DNA of 64,000 nt from Callorhinchus milii (lineage: Eukaryota). A program made the translations under genes and the position numbers. The notes under the pieces are model-generated. The model did not search any database and had not been told where the DNA came from. It was given only the letters and a program-made list of their open reading frames with translations. The DNA lies in contig NW_024704743.1 of the NCBI RefSeq assembly GCF_018977255.1, positions 108,192,001-108,256,000 of the forward strand. Reading direction: 5' to 3'. Below are positions 12,610 through 25,588 of the stretch, piece after piece (within the stretch, counting starts at the first letter, position 1; each line of letters begins with the position of its first letter).

Positions 12610-13745
12610 ATTAGAATGTACAGCACAGAAACAGGCCATTCGGCCCAACTGGTCTATGCCAGTGTTTATGCTCCACATGAGCCTCCTTCTCCAAAACTCT
12701 GCAGCTCATGTACTTTCACGCACCAGGCTCTGTGACCCCATCACTCCCACCCTTGCCTGACTCCACTAGCTCCACATCCCCCAGAGGATCGAGTTCAAGA
12801 TCCTCTTCCTCACCTTTAAGGCCTCCATGGCCTTGCCCCTCCTACCTCTTTGACCTACCTCTCCTAACTCCCTACCAACCTGCCCGCTCCCTCCGTTCAT
12901 CGGGCTCCGGCCTGCTCCATGTCTCTCGCCCTACCATTGGTGGCCGGGCTTTCAGCTTCTCTGCCCCCACACTCTGGAAATCCATCCCATGTTCGCTTTG
13001 CCTCGCTTCCTCCCTTGCCTCCTTCAAGGCCGGTCTCAAGACCCTTCTCTTCAACTGTGCCTTTGGTCTTCCTCCCACCTCTCTGCCTTCCCTCACGCCA
13101 ACACTACCCCTCCCCCATGCTCAGGCCCCAACACCTGACTGTTCAGCGCTTTGGGACGTGCTCCCGACATGAAAGGCTCTATAAATGTAATTTTGTTGTT
13201 GTTCCTCAACTAAGCCTTCAAGCATAACCTTCTATTCCTTTCCCCCTCATGTACCTATCTATTTGCCTCAACAACTTGTGGTAGCATGTTCCACATTACC
13301 ACTACTCTCTGTGTGAAGAAATTTCTTCTCACTTCCCTATTTGATCTATTTGTGACTATTTTATATCGCTGGCCTCTGGTTTTGGTCTCCCCACAAGTGG
13401 AAACATTTTCCCTATGTCTACACTATCAAAACCTTTCATAATTTTAAAGTCCTCTATCAGGTCATCCCTTACCCTCCTCTTTTCAAGTGAAAAGGGTCTA
13501 AGCATGTTCAGCCTTTCCTGATTGATAGGTATAATCTCTCAGTTCAGATCCTTGTGAATCTCTTTTGTACCCTTTCCAATGCCTCAACATCCCTTCTATA
13601 ATGTGGGGACCAGAACTGCACACAGTATTCTAAGTGTGGTCTAACCAAGGTTCCATAGAAGTTTACCATAACTTTCCTGCTTTTCATTTCTATCCCTCTA
13701 GAATTGAACCCCAATGCCTGGTTTGCCTTTTTTATGGCCTTTTTT
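12610..13745 (-). mobile_element. CR1 LINE 3' fragment, interrupted by an L2 at 12689-13203
   Basis: Minus-strand ORF has LVRPHLEYCVQFWSPHYRRDVEALERVQKRFTR (CR1 ORF2). The CR1-type 3' end (gggccgaatggcctgtttctgtgctgtacattct on the minus strand) lies at 12610-12688. Confidence 0.85.
12689..13203 (+). mobile_element. L2 3' fragment (inner layer of nest)
   Basis: RSLRSSGSGLL...GGRAFSFSAPTLW...FKAGLKTLLF, followed by the stem-loop tail and (TTG)n. Confidence 0.9.
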
Positions 13746-14423
13746 ATGTCTTTTAAACCCCACATCCTTCCCATGACCCATTTTGCTTCCCTTACCTCTG
13801 CAAAATTGCCCACCTCTGCCATTACCTGTCAGGCTGTCGAGACCCTCATCCATGCTTTCTTTACATTCAGATTTGCCTCCGCTAACTTCCTGCTCACCAA
13901 AGTACCCAACTCTTCCCTCCACAAGCTGCAGATTATTCAGAACTCTGCAACACATTTCTTCACTTGCACCAATCTCTGTGAGCCGATCATCCCCATCCTT
14001 GCCTGGCTCCCCATCCGCCAGAGTTTAAGATTCTCATCCTCCCATCCATGGTCTTGCTTCTCCCTATCTCTGCAACCTACTAAAGCTTTACCAACCTGTC
14101 CACTCCCTCTGCTCGCCGGGCATTCGCCTGCTCCACATCCCCCGACCTGTTTGCTCCACCATCGGCTGTCATTTCTTCAAATTTTCTGCTCTGCCCTCTG
14201 GAGCTCCAGCCCAGAGCCCCTCCACCTCGTTTACTGCCTTGCCACCTTCAAGGCCCATCTTAAGACCCTCCTCTTTGACCATGTCTTTTGTCCCCATCCC
14301 CCCCTTGCCCTTCACCCCTCTTGATTCCAACACCCATCTTGGATGCAAATCCTTTACTGGCCAGCACCTTGTGAAGTGTTCTCAATATGAAAGGCGCTAT
14401 ACAAATCCTATTTGTTGTTGTTG
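13746..14423 (+). mobile_element. Old L2 fragment, right part (outer layer of nest)
   Basis: SFKPHI...ETLIHAF...LHKLQIIQNSA...FKAHLKTLLFD, then tail aaaggcgctatacaaat(ttg)n. Confidence 0.8.
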
Positions 14424-14809
14424 AATCAGTTAACAATTAATATTTTTTTCAGTCACTTTTGGAGTTCTGCGTCTCAACAATCTGCCAGCTGGTCCTGTAA
14501 GTGAATTTTTGTCTCCTGTGATCTCTTTTGTGCACCTCCTTTTTGGGCTCACAGACAAGTCACAAACAATAAACCTTTGTTTTACTGGTAGTGGTTGTGC
14601 ACTCTACATGAAACAAAAATTATAGGGCAAACTAGCAAGTTTTACAGTAAAACAAATGCTTTATTTACAACAGTTGTTTCAACTTGGCCTTGACTTGTGA
14701 GGGGTAAAGAGAACCTCATCTATTAGGATGGCCTTGAATGAAACAGATTTTAAACAAATTCCAATGGCGGCCTAGAAGATGGATTACTTCACTGTTTGGA
14801 AAAAGTATA

Positions 14810-15194
14810 TTATTAAAAATCCTTGCTTGTCACATTTGTAAAGATGTCTCAAAGAGCTTCACAGGATTTTACTGTAAAGTTTAGTGACTGTATATTTGTG
14901 GGCAAACAGGGCAGCCAATTTGCACACAGACATGTCTCATAAACAGCCATGAAGCAAACAATCAATTCTATCTGACAGATTGTTGACCAGGACACTGGGA
15001 AAGAATTCTTTTTTTTCTTTTTGAGCAGTGCCATGACGCTTTGGCCTAATGTCTCTTCAAAAGGATGGCACCTCCGACAATGCAATGCTCCTCCAGCACT
15101 GCCCTGTAGTGTCAGCCTACACAATGGGCTCAAAATCTTGAATCACAACCTTCTGACTTAGAGGTGAGAGTCCTGCTAACTGAAATAGGCTGAC
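14810..15194 (-). mobile_element. DeuSINE-like SINE, near full length, decayed
   Basis: Minus strand carries the tRNA head, the gcattgtcggaggtgccatcctttt body, ccagtgtcctggtcaa and the L2-like tail. Confidence 0.75.
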
Positions 15195-15546
15195 CTCAGA
15201 ACTGTGTAAGGTAGAATTCAAGCCTAATTACAGACATGTACGAGTGCAGTACCACAAGAGTGAACATTTGCATTTTGGGCCACAGCCTGTGGTTAGAGGT
15301 GCATTTCATAATAGAACACTTTGATTATAATTCACTGTACTTAATAATTGACAGGCCATATCGGGCCACTGAATATTCGCAGCAAACTTAATAATGCATT
15401 ACTAATTCAATTGCATGACCGTTGATTCTTCATTAATTTACAATATCAATCAAAATTTAAACCCACCATTGAAAGCCTTGTGTGGTGTTCTAACAACACT
15501 TCCTATTGTCCAGTGGGAACTTTAGCTCCTGCATTATGTTCTTCAG

Positions 15547-16323
15547 TCCGGAACATCGCCAGACTACGGCACTACCTCACCCCTCACGCTGCTGAAACCC
15601 TGGTCCACGCCTTCGTCACCTCAAGGCTGGACTATGGGAACTCTCTCCTCGCCGGCCTTCCCGCCACCTCCCTCCACAAGCTGCAGGTCATTCAGAACTC
15701 TGCAGCTCGTGTACTGTCCCGCACCAGGCTTCGGGACCACATCACTCCCACCCTCGCTCGCCTCCACTGGCTCCCCATCCCCCAGAGGATTGATTTCAAG
15801 ATCCTCATCCTCACCTATAAGGCCATCCACGGCCTTGCTCCCTCCTACCTCTCTGACCTACTATCCCCCTACCTACCTGCCCGTACCCTCCGTTCCTCCG
15901 GCTCCGGTCTGCTCCACGTCCCCCGCCCCAATCGCCCTACCATCGGTGGTCGGGCCTTCAGTTTCTCAGCCCCCAGGCTCTGGAATCCCCCAGTGCCTTC
16001 GCCTTGCTTCCTCCCTCTCCTCCTTCAAGGCCGGTCTCAAAACCTTTCTCTTTGACCGAGCCTTCAGCTCCCCTCTCGACTCTCTTCCCCCTCCTCGCTC
16101 CCTCCTTTCCCTCCCCTCACCCTGACCATTTCCCCCTCCTCGCTCCCTCCCTTCCCTCCCCTCACCCTGACCATTTCCCCCTCCTCGCTCCCTCCCTTCC
16201 CTCCCCTCACCCTGACCATTTCCCCCTGCTTGGGTCCTGACCCAACTGTACAGCGCCTTGGGACGTCCTCCTGACGTGAAAGACGCTTTATAAATGGAAT
16301 CTTGTTGTTGTTGTTGTTGTTTT
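15547..16323 (+). mobile_element. Young L2 LINE, 5'-truncated
   Basis: Clean ORF2 C-terminus [10 protein letters not shown]...[19 protein letters not shown]...[11 protein letters not shown]...[21 protein letters not shown]; a private 5-nt deletion near 15986; stem-loop tail and (TTG)n. Confidence 0.95.
16087..16221 (+). repeat. 45-bp tandem repeat x3 at the L2 ORF2 end / 3'UTR
   Basis: Unit ccccctcctcgctccctcccttccctcccctcaccctgaccattt starts at 16087, 16132 and 16177. Confidence 0.95.
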
Positions 16324-16626
16324 GTGAATTGCTCACTGGCTGGCTCAGTTATTAGCCACTATGACCTCTGAATCAGAAGGTTGTGGTCTCAAGGCTTTGA
16401 GCCTTTGAGGTTATAGTTTAGGCTGACACTGAAGTGCTGGGGTGGCATGGCAGAGCCAATCACACATGCTGACATCCCTTTACACAGATTTGAAGAAAAG
16501 ATAGTGTGTCTGATCATTGTGTGTTGTGCCCCATTGTTCAAATCATTGCTTTTTATGTATACGAAGGGATGCACTTTAACCATGAGTTAACTATCTGAAC
16601 ACACAATTGACATGCCTCACAGTGCA

Positions 16627-18665
16627 CAACAACAACAACAACAAGATTTCATTTATAGAGCGCCTTTCATGTCAGGAGGATGTCCCAAGGCGCTGGACAG
16701 TTGGGTCAGGACCCGAGCAGGGGGGAAATGGTCAGGGTGAAGGGAGGGAAGGGAGGGAGCGAGGAGGGGGTAGAGAGTCGAGAGGGGAGCTGAAGGCACG
16801 GTCAAAGAGAAAGGTCTTGGGACCGGCCTTGAAGGAGGAAAGGGAGGAGGCGGCGAAGGCACTGGTGGATGGAGTTCCAGAGCTTTGGGGCTGAGAGGCT
16901 GAAGGCCCGGCCACCGATGGTAGGGCGGTTAGGGCGGGGGATGTGGAGCAGATTGGAGCCAGAGGAACGGAGGCTACAGGTAGGTAAGTAGGGGAATAGT
17001 AGGTCGGAGAGGTAGGAGGGAGCAAGACTGTGAATGGCCTTGTAGGTGAGGATGAGGATCTTGAATTCGATCCTCTGGGGGATGGGGAGCCAGTGGAGGC
17101 GAGCGAGGGTGGGAGTGATGTGGTCCCGAAGCCTGGTGCGGGACAGTACACGAGCTGCAGAGTTCTGAATGACCTGCAGCTTGTGGAGGGAGGTGCTGGG
17201 AAGGCCGGCGAGGAGAGAGTTCCCATAGTCCAGCCTTGAGGTGATAAAGTTTCAGCAGCGTGAGGGGTGAAGTAGTGCCGTAGTCTGGCGATGTTTCGGA
17301 GGTGATGGAAGGCAGTGCCAGATGTGGCGTGGATATGAGGAAGAAAGGACAGCTCAGGGTCGAACAGAACGCCGAGGTTCCTGACTGACTTTGAGAGGTG
17401 GAGAGTGCAGCCTTGGATGCTGATGCTATCAGGGCCTGAGGTGCAGAGGCGCTGACGCGAGCCAATCAGGAGAGCCTCAGTTTTGCGCATGTTGAGCTGA
17501 AGAATGTTGTCTCTCGTCCGGGACTCGATGTCAGACAGATAAGCTATCAGGACATAGGTGGTCGTGGAGTGGAGGGCAGAGGAGGAAATGTAGAGTTGGG
17601 TGTCATCCGCATACGTGTGGAAGTTAACCCCATGTCTGCGGATGATGTCACCAAGAGGGAGCATATAGAGGGTGAAGAGGAGGCGACCGAGGACAGAGCC
17701 CTGAGGGACACCACACGAGACAGTGCGGGTGCTGGAGGAAAAGCCGTTTGTGGAAACAAAATGAAGATGGTGGGAGAGGTATGACCTAAATCACTGAAGG
17801 ACAGGGCCTTGAAGGTTGACGTGGGAGGACAAGTGGTGGAGGAGGATAGCGTGGTTGACCGTATCGAATGCTGCCGATAGGTCGAGGAGGATGAGGAGGC
17901 AGAGGGAGCCCTGGTTGCAGATAGTCACAATGTCATTGGTGACCTTGACCAGGGCAGTTTCTGTGCTATGGGCAGCACGGAAACCCGACTGAAGGGGTTC
18001 GAATAATGCATGGGTGGAGAGGAAAGAGCGCAGCTGGGAGGTGACAACTCTTTCAAGGACCTTGGACAGGAAGGGGAGGTTGGAGATGGGCCGGTAGCTT
18101 GATAGCTGCGACGCATCAAGGGAGGGGTTTTTCAAAGTGGGAGTGATGGTGGCAGTTTTTAGGGGAATGGGAACAGAGCCAGAGGAGAGGGACAGGTTGG
18201 TGATGTCTGTGATAAGTGGGGCAAGGAGGTGGAGCTGAGAAATAAGGAGTGGAGTGGGGATGGGGTCAAGGGAGCAGGTGGTAGGTTTCAGGGACAGGAT
18301 GAGTTTGGTGACAGAGGGTGGGGAAACGGGTTTGAAGGTGTGTAGGGGAGGATGGGTAGGAGTCGGAGTGTGGGTGGGAAGGGGTGGGGGGTGGGTGGAA
18401 ATTGGAGGGGGAGTGACCGCGGAGCGGATTCCCTTGATTTTGGATTCAAGGAAATCCAGCATCTCCTCGCAGTGAAGGTTGGAGGAGATGACCTGTGTGG
18501 GGTGGCGGGGGGGACAGAGGAGTCGGGATGTGGTAGAGAACAGAAGCCTGGGGTTGTTCTTTGCCTCCAGGATTATCCTGGAGTAGAAGGACGACTTGGC
18601 CAAGTCTAGAGTGATTTTAGGTAGGTAGATTTTGAGGAGGTCCAGCCAGATATGTCGGTGGACAC
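16627..18665 (-). mobile_element. L2 LINE, ~2 kb, 5'-truncated, with disrupted reverse transcriptase ORF2
   Basis: LDPIPT, YRPISNLPFLSKVLERVV, QSGFRAAHSTETAL, LLDLSAAFDTV and YADDTQLY motifs; premature TGA at 17791-17793 and frameshifts; (TTG)n tail at 16627. Confidence 0.95.
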
Positions 18666-18889
18666 AATGTGATCAATGCATGTTAATTATAGCGTTTACA
18701 GCTAAAACTTAGTTGTAACAATTTCCAACCTTCTATGAAATCACCTCAGAGCCTGCATGGGCAGAGAAAGGGCAACATTTGATTTTGTCCAATTCAAACC
18801 AGGTGTAATTATCCTCCACAACTTCTTACATTGTTCCTCCGTAACAGACTGCCCAAGTATGGTGTTATTAACCTTCCTCAAGCTTCAAT

Positions 18890-19210
18890 AACAACAACAA
18901 ATTACATTTGTAAAGTCCCTTTCATGTCGGGAGGATGTCCCAAGGTGCAAGTCAGGGATTTGGAGCCGAGCAGGGAGTTGGGATTAGAAGGGATTGAGGC
19001 TAAGGAGGGTAGAGGTTGGAGGGAAACCGAAGGTGTGGTCGAAGAGGAGGGTTTTCGGATGTGCCTTGAAAGAGACAAGGGAGGGAGCAGGCAAAGGGAC
19101 TGTGGGATGGAGTTCCAAAGAGTGGGGGTAGAGAGGCTGAAGACCCGATATTCAATGGTGGGCTGGATGGGGGATATGGAATAGGCCGGAGCCTGCTGAG
19201 CAGAGGGAGT
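18890..19210 (-). mobile_element. L2 3' fragment
   Basis: PTLWNSIPQSL remnant and tail ccttgggacatcctcccgacatgaaaggg on the minus strand. Confidence 0.8.
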
Positions 19211-19669
19211 GGACAAGTTGGTATGACAGGTCAAATTTTCTATCTGCAGCATCTCTCTTTTTTCCCATCTTTCCAAATGTCCAGATATTCTGATGATGCC
19301 TGGATATGACTCAATCCAGTGTTAATAATAATAATAAAATTAATTATAGTCCCAGGTGTTAGGTGTGATTTGGATGTCCATTCTGGTTTCAAATCCAGCA
19401 CATCAGAACCCGTTGAATCTCCCAAGAAACATAAACAAGTCTCTATCTTATATATCGTACATTCTGGAAACATAAGCGAGAAGGGAAAAGAGGGTTATGG
19501 TGATGGAATTAGGAGGGGTGGAGGCTCACTAGCATGGACTAGTTGGGCTGAATGGCCTGTTTCTTACATTTTAAGGTAATTCTCTAAAGGCTATGACCAT
19601 GAAGATTTTCAGGCCTTAAGAGACTTAGACACAGCAAGGTCCCTTCATGCAAATCACAATCATTACAAG

Positions 19670-20100
19670 ATTGGTTTGGATGATGAAGACTTTTTGGTTC
19701 ATCTAATCTTATATTTCAGAACATGCACCCTACCATCCTCCCACCACAGCATCAAGCTATTTATTAAATGTGTCCAGCATCCTGGTTTTAACCATCATTC
19801 CTGGTAATCTGATCCAGTTAACTATCACTCTGGTTGAAGAAATACTTCACGGTATCTTTCCTGAAATTGAGCTTTGCAACACTAAACTTGTGTCCCATGG
19901 TTCTGCTCTCTCAGTATTGCAATCTCATAACGTGTATAAAAAGTAAATTTTATACATCTCCATAAGATCACCTCTTGAGACTTTTCAAGACCGAGGAGCC
20001 AAAGCGTCTCTAATCTTTGCTCACAGATCATTCCTTTAACAATGAGATCATCCTTGTTGCTCTGCCTCATCTGCAGTGGCTCTAGGGCCCTTGCAACCCT
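19670..20100 (-). mobile_element. Decayed CR1 3' fragment
   Basis: Minus-strand EQRLETLWLLGLEK remnant and aagtatttcttcaaccagagagtgat, resembling the CR1 ORF2 end. Confidence 0.6.
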
Positions 20101-23100
20101 CTTATCAGAGTCCTATATAGTTTAAATATTCCCCCTTGGGGCATCTTGTTTGCCTTGTTTATTGTTGCCTGTCACTCTTTCTCTTTTTTTGACATGGTGA
20201 GTGGTGAGTCACCTAACACTCCTAGATCTGTTTCAGTTTCCCCCTTGGTAAGCCGTTTCCCATCCATAATAGGGAGCGTCTATCTAGATCCACATCCTAC
20301 TGAGCCTATTGGGATTAATCCTCTGCTAATCCTCTGTTTAAAGGAATTTCAGTGGATACGATAAGTAATACATGAGCAGACGAGGACAAAATCAACATGG
20401 CATGAGAACCCTAATGAAAACCTGGCTGAATAATGTGGCTCTGGCTCTGTGCCCCGGTGCAGCTCTCAGTAACCACCTTTCTGCTTTATTTTAATGCTGT
20501 TTGTTTTTTTGTGTCATCGGGAATCAGAAATGACAAAGACAAGGTCAGCACAGATTGAAAAAGGCATTCTGGAGTCGAGCGGCAATTGCTACCCAAAGAT
20601 CCTCACAACATACATTATATATTATGTATAAACTCCTTTACAGTAAGAAACCCTCTGCCATCCTTATTGCTTGGAAACTACTTATTGAACCTCATTTGTT
20701 TAGTGGTGGGCCAGCTGCATTCAGTGAGGGTGAGCCTTTTAAGGAGCACTTATTCAGTGAGTGAATCTTCAAATTCAAACCTATCCAACTGAGGTGAGTG
20801 GGGCACCAAGAATCCCGGCGCAGGAGGTGGGGCACTCATGCAATCAGGAAGCTACATTCGCAGACTGATCGACTTATTTTTTTCAGTTACTGATCCCTTA
20901 ACACTCCAGCAACTTAAAAGATTGAAGAAACGCCAGTAAATCTTGAAGCACTGCCATCCTGAAATCCGTATGTGGTTAAATCCTGTGAGCAGGGTCTGTT
21001 CCTTGTTGTGATATCTTACCGTCAAATTTTCTTTATCATGGCTGTTAGTGGGACTTTGATGTGTACCAATTGACTCCTGCATTCCCCTAAAAAATACAGC
21101 CATTACACTTTACAGTAAATCCTGCGATGCTCTTTAAAATGGCTAGATGTTTAAGCGCTCTGGGACGCTACCTTGCATGAGGAGTGCTATGTAAATCCAA
21201 GTTGTTGCTGTCGCCTTCCTGACGTGAAAGGCGCAATACCGAACGAAAGGATCTTGTTTTATTATTTTCTAAAGTATTTTGTTATTAAAAGAGGTTTTGA
21301 ATAAATGCCTTGTCCGATACTGTTTGTAAGGAGAATTTCCAAATAAAACTTTGGGATGTATGCTGACTAATGCTGCATTTGGAAGTGCAGGTTTGGAACG
21401 AATCATGTTGTATGAATTGGGTTGAGGCAGTTACTCGAGCTCTGTTCAGGGACCACCTTCAGCGATGTTTGATTCTCTGTCGTATAAAGCAGCAGGCATT
21501 GCTGACTCTATATCTCATTAGTTCTTTGAAAGCAATTGGACGGACTCATTTCCTTCAAGGGAACTGTGGTTTAATCTTATGGAGAAACTGATCGTGCAAT
21601 CAGCTCTGACAACAGTAAAAATTCACACACCTTATTTCAGAGTTCTGCTTTATCACTGCACATGTGCAGAACACAAACATTGGGTGTTGGCGTTAATGCA
21701 ATGTACACATCCAGACGTATAAACTTAGCTATTTCTGGATGGGTCCCCAGTGATTTGTTTTAAGCTTCAATTAAAATATTGTAAAGACGAAGAAAAAAAA
21801 TACTGTAGTGCACAGTTCAGTAGATATTATATCTTCTTATAGCCTACACGATATAGCATTGTTCTGCTACCTTTTGATTTATCTGAATGGTTTAGTCGTT
21901 CTGCTCCTCTCCTTACTTTAATTTTTTTTGTGTAGAGATGTTGTCCAATGGTAATGTATTCAATGTGTGCTCTGGCTATTCACGAGCAACATTTGCAACA
22001 TTGCTCATGAGTAATTACCTAGTCAGCGACACTTGGAAAAATATATTTATAAAATCGCACTGCTGTTTATGAAATATCCTTTGCATAATTTTTTTGCCCA
22101 TTTTCTTCTCTGCTTCTAATTTGACAACCACTCTTCAATTGTGAGTCTAGATAATGAGTATTCCCTCTCTGGTTATTGATTGAAAGAGGGCCTAGCGCAG
22201 TCAAACCCGATACTATCCTTATCTGGTATTCACATGCAAGCTATCATTAATAATATTAATAATCCTTGTATTTGATATAGTGCCTTATTACATTGTTGAG
22301 ATGTCTCAAAGAGCTTCACAGAATATACTGTACAGTGGATTGACTGTATTTTGTGTACTTCTTTGGCATTTTCGCTCAGCTATCACAGGCATGCTGCACA
22401 TCCCCCGACCCCTCCATGATACCATTGGTGGCCTGAGCCTTCAGCTACTACGGCCCTAATCTCCGTAGCTCCCCGCCTTAATCCCTCTGCCTTACCCCCT
22501 CTTTATCTATCTTTAAATCCCACTCTTTGATCGAGTCTATGGTCATCTCCCCTTCTCTCTTCCTCGCCAATACACAGCAAGCTGACTCTACCCTGTGTGA
22601 AGGCAACAAATAAATGCACTTGTTGTTTCAGAGCTTTCCGAGCATGACTGTAACATCCCAGGGAGGAGCTCGATACTGCAATTGTGCACCTTTAAAAACA
22701 GCTAGAATAGTGTAGGTCCCACATAGTAATTAAAATTGAGTTCCCGCAGAGATTCCTGTTTATTTTTTTCTGGCCAAGATGTCAGCAAAGGGAACCTGGC
22801 CTGGAATGTTTGTTTATCCTGGCTTTGTGCGTGAGCCCCATTGACTGCAGTTAGTGCAGTGTGACTGTGGATTGACTCCTGGGTTTGCACAATGACTTAT
22901 TTTTAGTGTTTATTTGTAACAGTGGCTATGAAAACCTAGAGCCAATAGAACTGCTGCATTGAATGTAAAGTTTTGTTGTATATTGTAAATCATGTTTGGT
23001 AATGAAACTCTGTTCAAACCTGTGCAGTTTGTTTGTGTGTGAAAGTAATAGAACACAGAACAATTCCATTAGAGTTAACCTGAGGCATAATAAAAATAAC

Positions 23101-23479
23101 CATTTTATAGAGAACTACATTGTATTCCATCAGTACCATGCATTTTGTGAATAACGGGCAACATTTGCAAAGTTTGATGCACACAGTGGTCTATTGCCTT
23201 TCTATTTAAATTGATGATTTTGTTGTTCTGATTTATTTTTCCCTTCAGTCATTTATAGATATTCATTCAGTGGTAATTTATGGCAATATGTACTTTGGCA
23301 GCTGTGACATGGCTTTCGCATCTATCCTTCAGCGAGACTTGCTCAAAAGTATTTATCAATTCTCACTGCTGTTCATGACACATCCTGTATATCAGTTCTT
23401 GATCCCACCCATTTCTTCCCCATTCCTCTCCTGCCTCACTACCAACCAAGCCTTCAGTGTAGCTCTTTAAATATGTTTC

Positions 23480-23845
23480 AATTGCAAAATTATGAGGGGA
23501 TTCGATAGGATGAACAAGGATAAATTATTTCCACTAGCGGGTGGGTCAGTAATCCGAGGACACAGATTTAAAATAGCTGTAAAAAGAAACAGAGGGGAGG
23601 TGAGGAAATTTTTTTTCACACAGCGAGTTGTCCGGATCTGGAATGCATGACCTGAAGGGGTGGTGGAAGCCAATTTAATAACAACTTTTAAGAGAGAAGT
23701 AGATAATTATTTGAGGAGGACAAGTTTGCAGGGCTATGGGGAGAAAGCGGGGGAATGAGATTGATTTGGATAGCTCTTTTCAAAGAGCCATCACAGACAC
23801 GCTGGGCTGAATGGCCTCCTTCTGTGCTGTATAATTCTATGATAC
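23480..23845 (+). mobile_element. CR1 LINE 3' end
   Basis: KIMRGFDR...LFP...RGHRFK...RKFFFTQRVVRIWNA, and tail gggctgaatggcctccttctgtgctgtataattctatgat. Confidence 0.85.
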
Positions 23846-25324
23846 AGTGGGTTAATAAAACTTTGGAATTCAAGATTTTTGCAAGGAAATTATTATGTGT
23901 AGACCAGTCTGTCTTATTGGGGCTGATGGCAGCTGTGTTGGGGAAAGAATCTCCTTTGTTCTTAGTGTCTTTGCTACAGAGAACAGCCTTAAGTTGTCTT
24001 ACTGTTTTAAGTAGGGAGCTGAGAGTGGGACTGGGTCTCTATGATGCCCAATTGGTCTTTGATTACAGTGAGAGTAGTGGGGCCTGGAGAGGACCTGGAA
24101 TTCCTAAAGTTGTTGTGTATCTCCTCATCGAATAAGAGATATTGTATTCTATTTTTGTTATTTAAAGGAACAAAAAATACCCATTGGAATAGCAACTCTG
24201 TGCCTAGTGAGTATTCTACTCCAACACTTGCTATAAATTGATATGAACTGTTCAGTGGATCTTAAACGATTATCAATCAACCTCCATTTCACCACCCCCA
24301 GATTGGGTGCAAACCCTGCATGGTCCGGAGCCTTGAGAGGTCCTCCTGACATGATGTTACAGTCATGTAAATTTGGTATTGTTGTTGTTAATATCATACA
24401 ATGGCTGCTAAGTTAACATATACCAGAACAGTGGATCTGAAGTGATTTATGCTGTGTTTATTTCCTTGCACCTGAGATTTGAACCTGGCTTTCTATGATA
24501 GAATGGTGCAAGTAGATCACAATATTAAATCGGGGGGAGGTGGCGGGGGAGAGAGAGTTAGGTGACTGGGTTACAAAATACGACCGTGAATGGTATGCAC
24601 ATCAGATGAGGAAAACTAAATGGAGAATTCAATGAGTGTCTCATTAATAACAATTACCACTCCCTTAACATGGCTTTTCTTGCCACCTGAGTAGTGAGTA
24701 ATGAGACCGAGAGATTTATTTTGCGATTGCAAGGTGACTGAGCGAGCTATTGATATAAATTATTGAATTGAACTCTTGCTTTCCCACTTTGTGATCCAAT
24801 TTCGGAAGATTATTTTAATGCCCACGAGGATTCTTATTATAGCTGGATCAGTAAGTGATGCTTATGGAACCGTCCAGCAGCAGAAGGAAACTTAAGTCAA
24901 AAATGCCTTTCAGGAGAGACATTTCTTTTTCATTTCCTTCTGTTGCTGAACAGTAGAAATTTCCAAAGTTAAAACAGCCTCTTGTACTCCCACTTTCCAG
25001 ACCTCAGTATTCCAGCTCATTGTTTTATCAGGCAGCCTCCAGAATATGCAGCACTGAAACAGACCATTTGGCCAGACTTTTCTGCGCTGGTGTTTATATT
25101 CCACATGAATGTATATTCCCACCCCCACATCCGTTTTATTCCGTACTCCTTCATGTATGTATCTTCTTAAATGCATTGATGCTTTCAGCTTCAACTGCAT
25201 AAAGAGATGCGAATTACAACTGAATTGGAACTATATTCTTCATAAGTAAGCCTATGTGTGTGTATGCGTGCATGTTGGGATTGTGGGGGGGAGGGAGAGA
25301 AACGAAGGAGAGGGGACAGAGCAC

Positions 25325-25588
25325 TTCCAGGCAGGGCGAAACCTTGGGCAAGTTTCCTTACTCCACACGCCTAATAATAATCCCTCCAAAACCAAAAACA
25401 ATAATAAATTGGTCATTTTCAATCTACGACTGTTTGTGGGATATTGCTGTGCGCAATTGGCTGCCGCGTTCGCCCACAAATATACAGTCAATTCACTTTG
25501 CAGTGTGTTCTGCGAAGCGCTTTGGGACGTCCTCCCGACGTGAAAAGCGCTATATCAAATGCAAGGATTATTATTATTATTATTATTA
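25325..25588 (+). mobile_element. Young tRNA-Ala SINE lacking most of the tRNA head
   Basis: Starts at ttccaggcagggcgaaaccttgggcaag; near-identical to the reverse complement of 53273-53594; (TTA)n tail ends ~275 bp before exon 2. Confidence 0.92.

Noticed and set aside
16087..16221. CRISPR-like repeat array
   Set aside because: The units are head-to-tail with no unique spacers and lie inside an L2 in a vertebrate intron.
16732..18603. Functional reverse transcriptase gene or novel RT system
   Set aside because: This is a 5'-truncated L2 ORF2 with no endonuclease domain, a premature stop and frameshifts.
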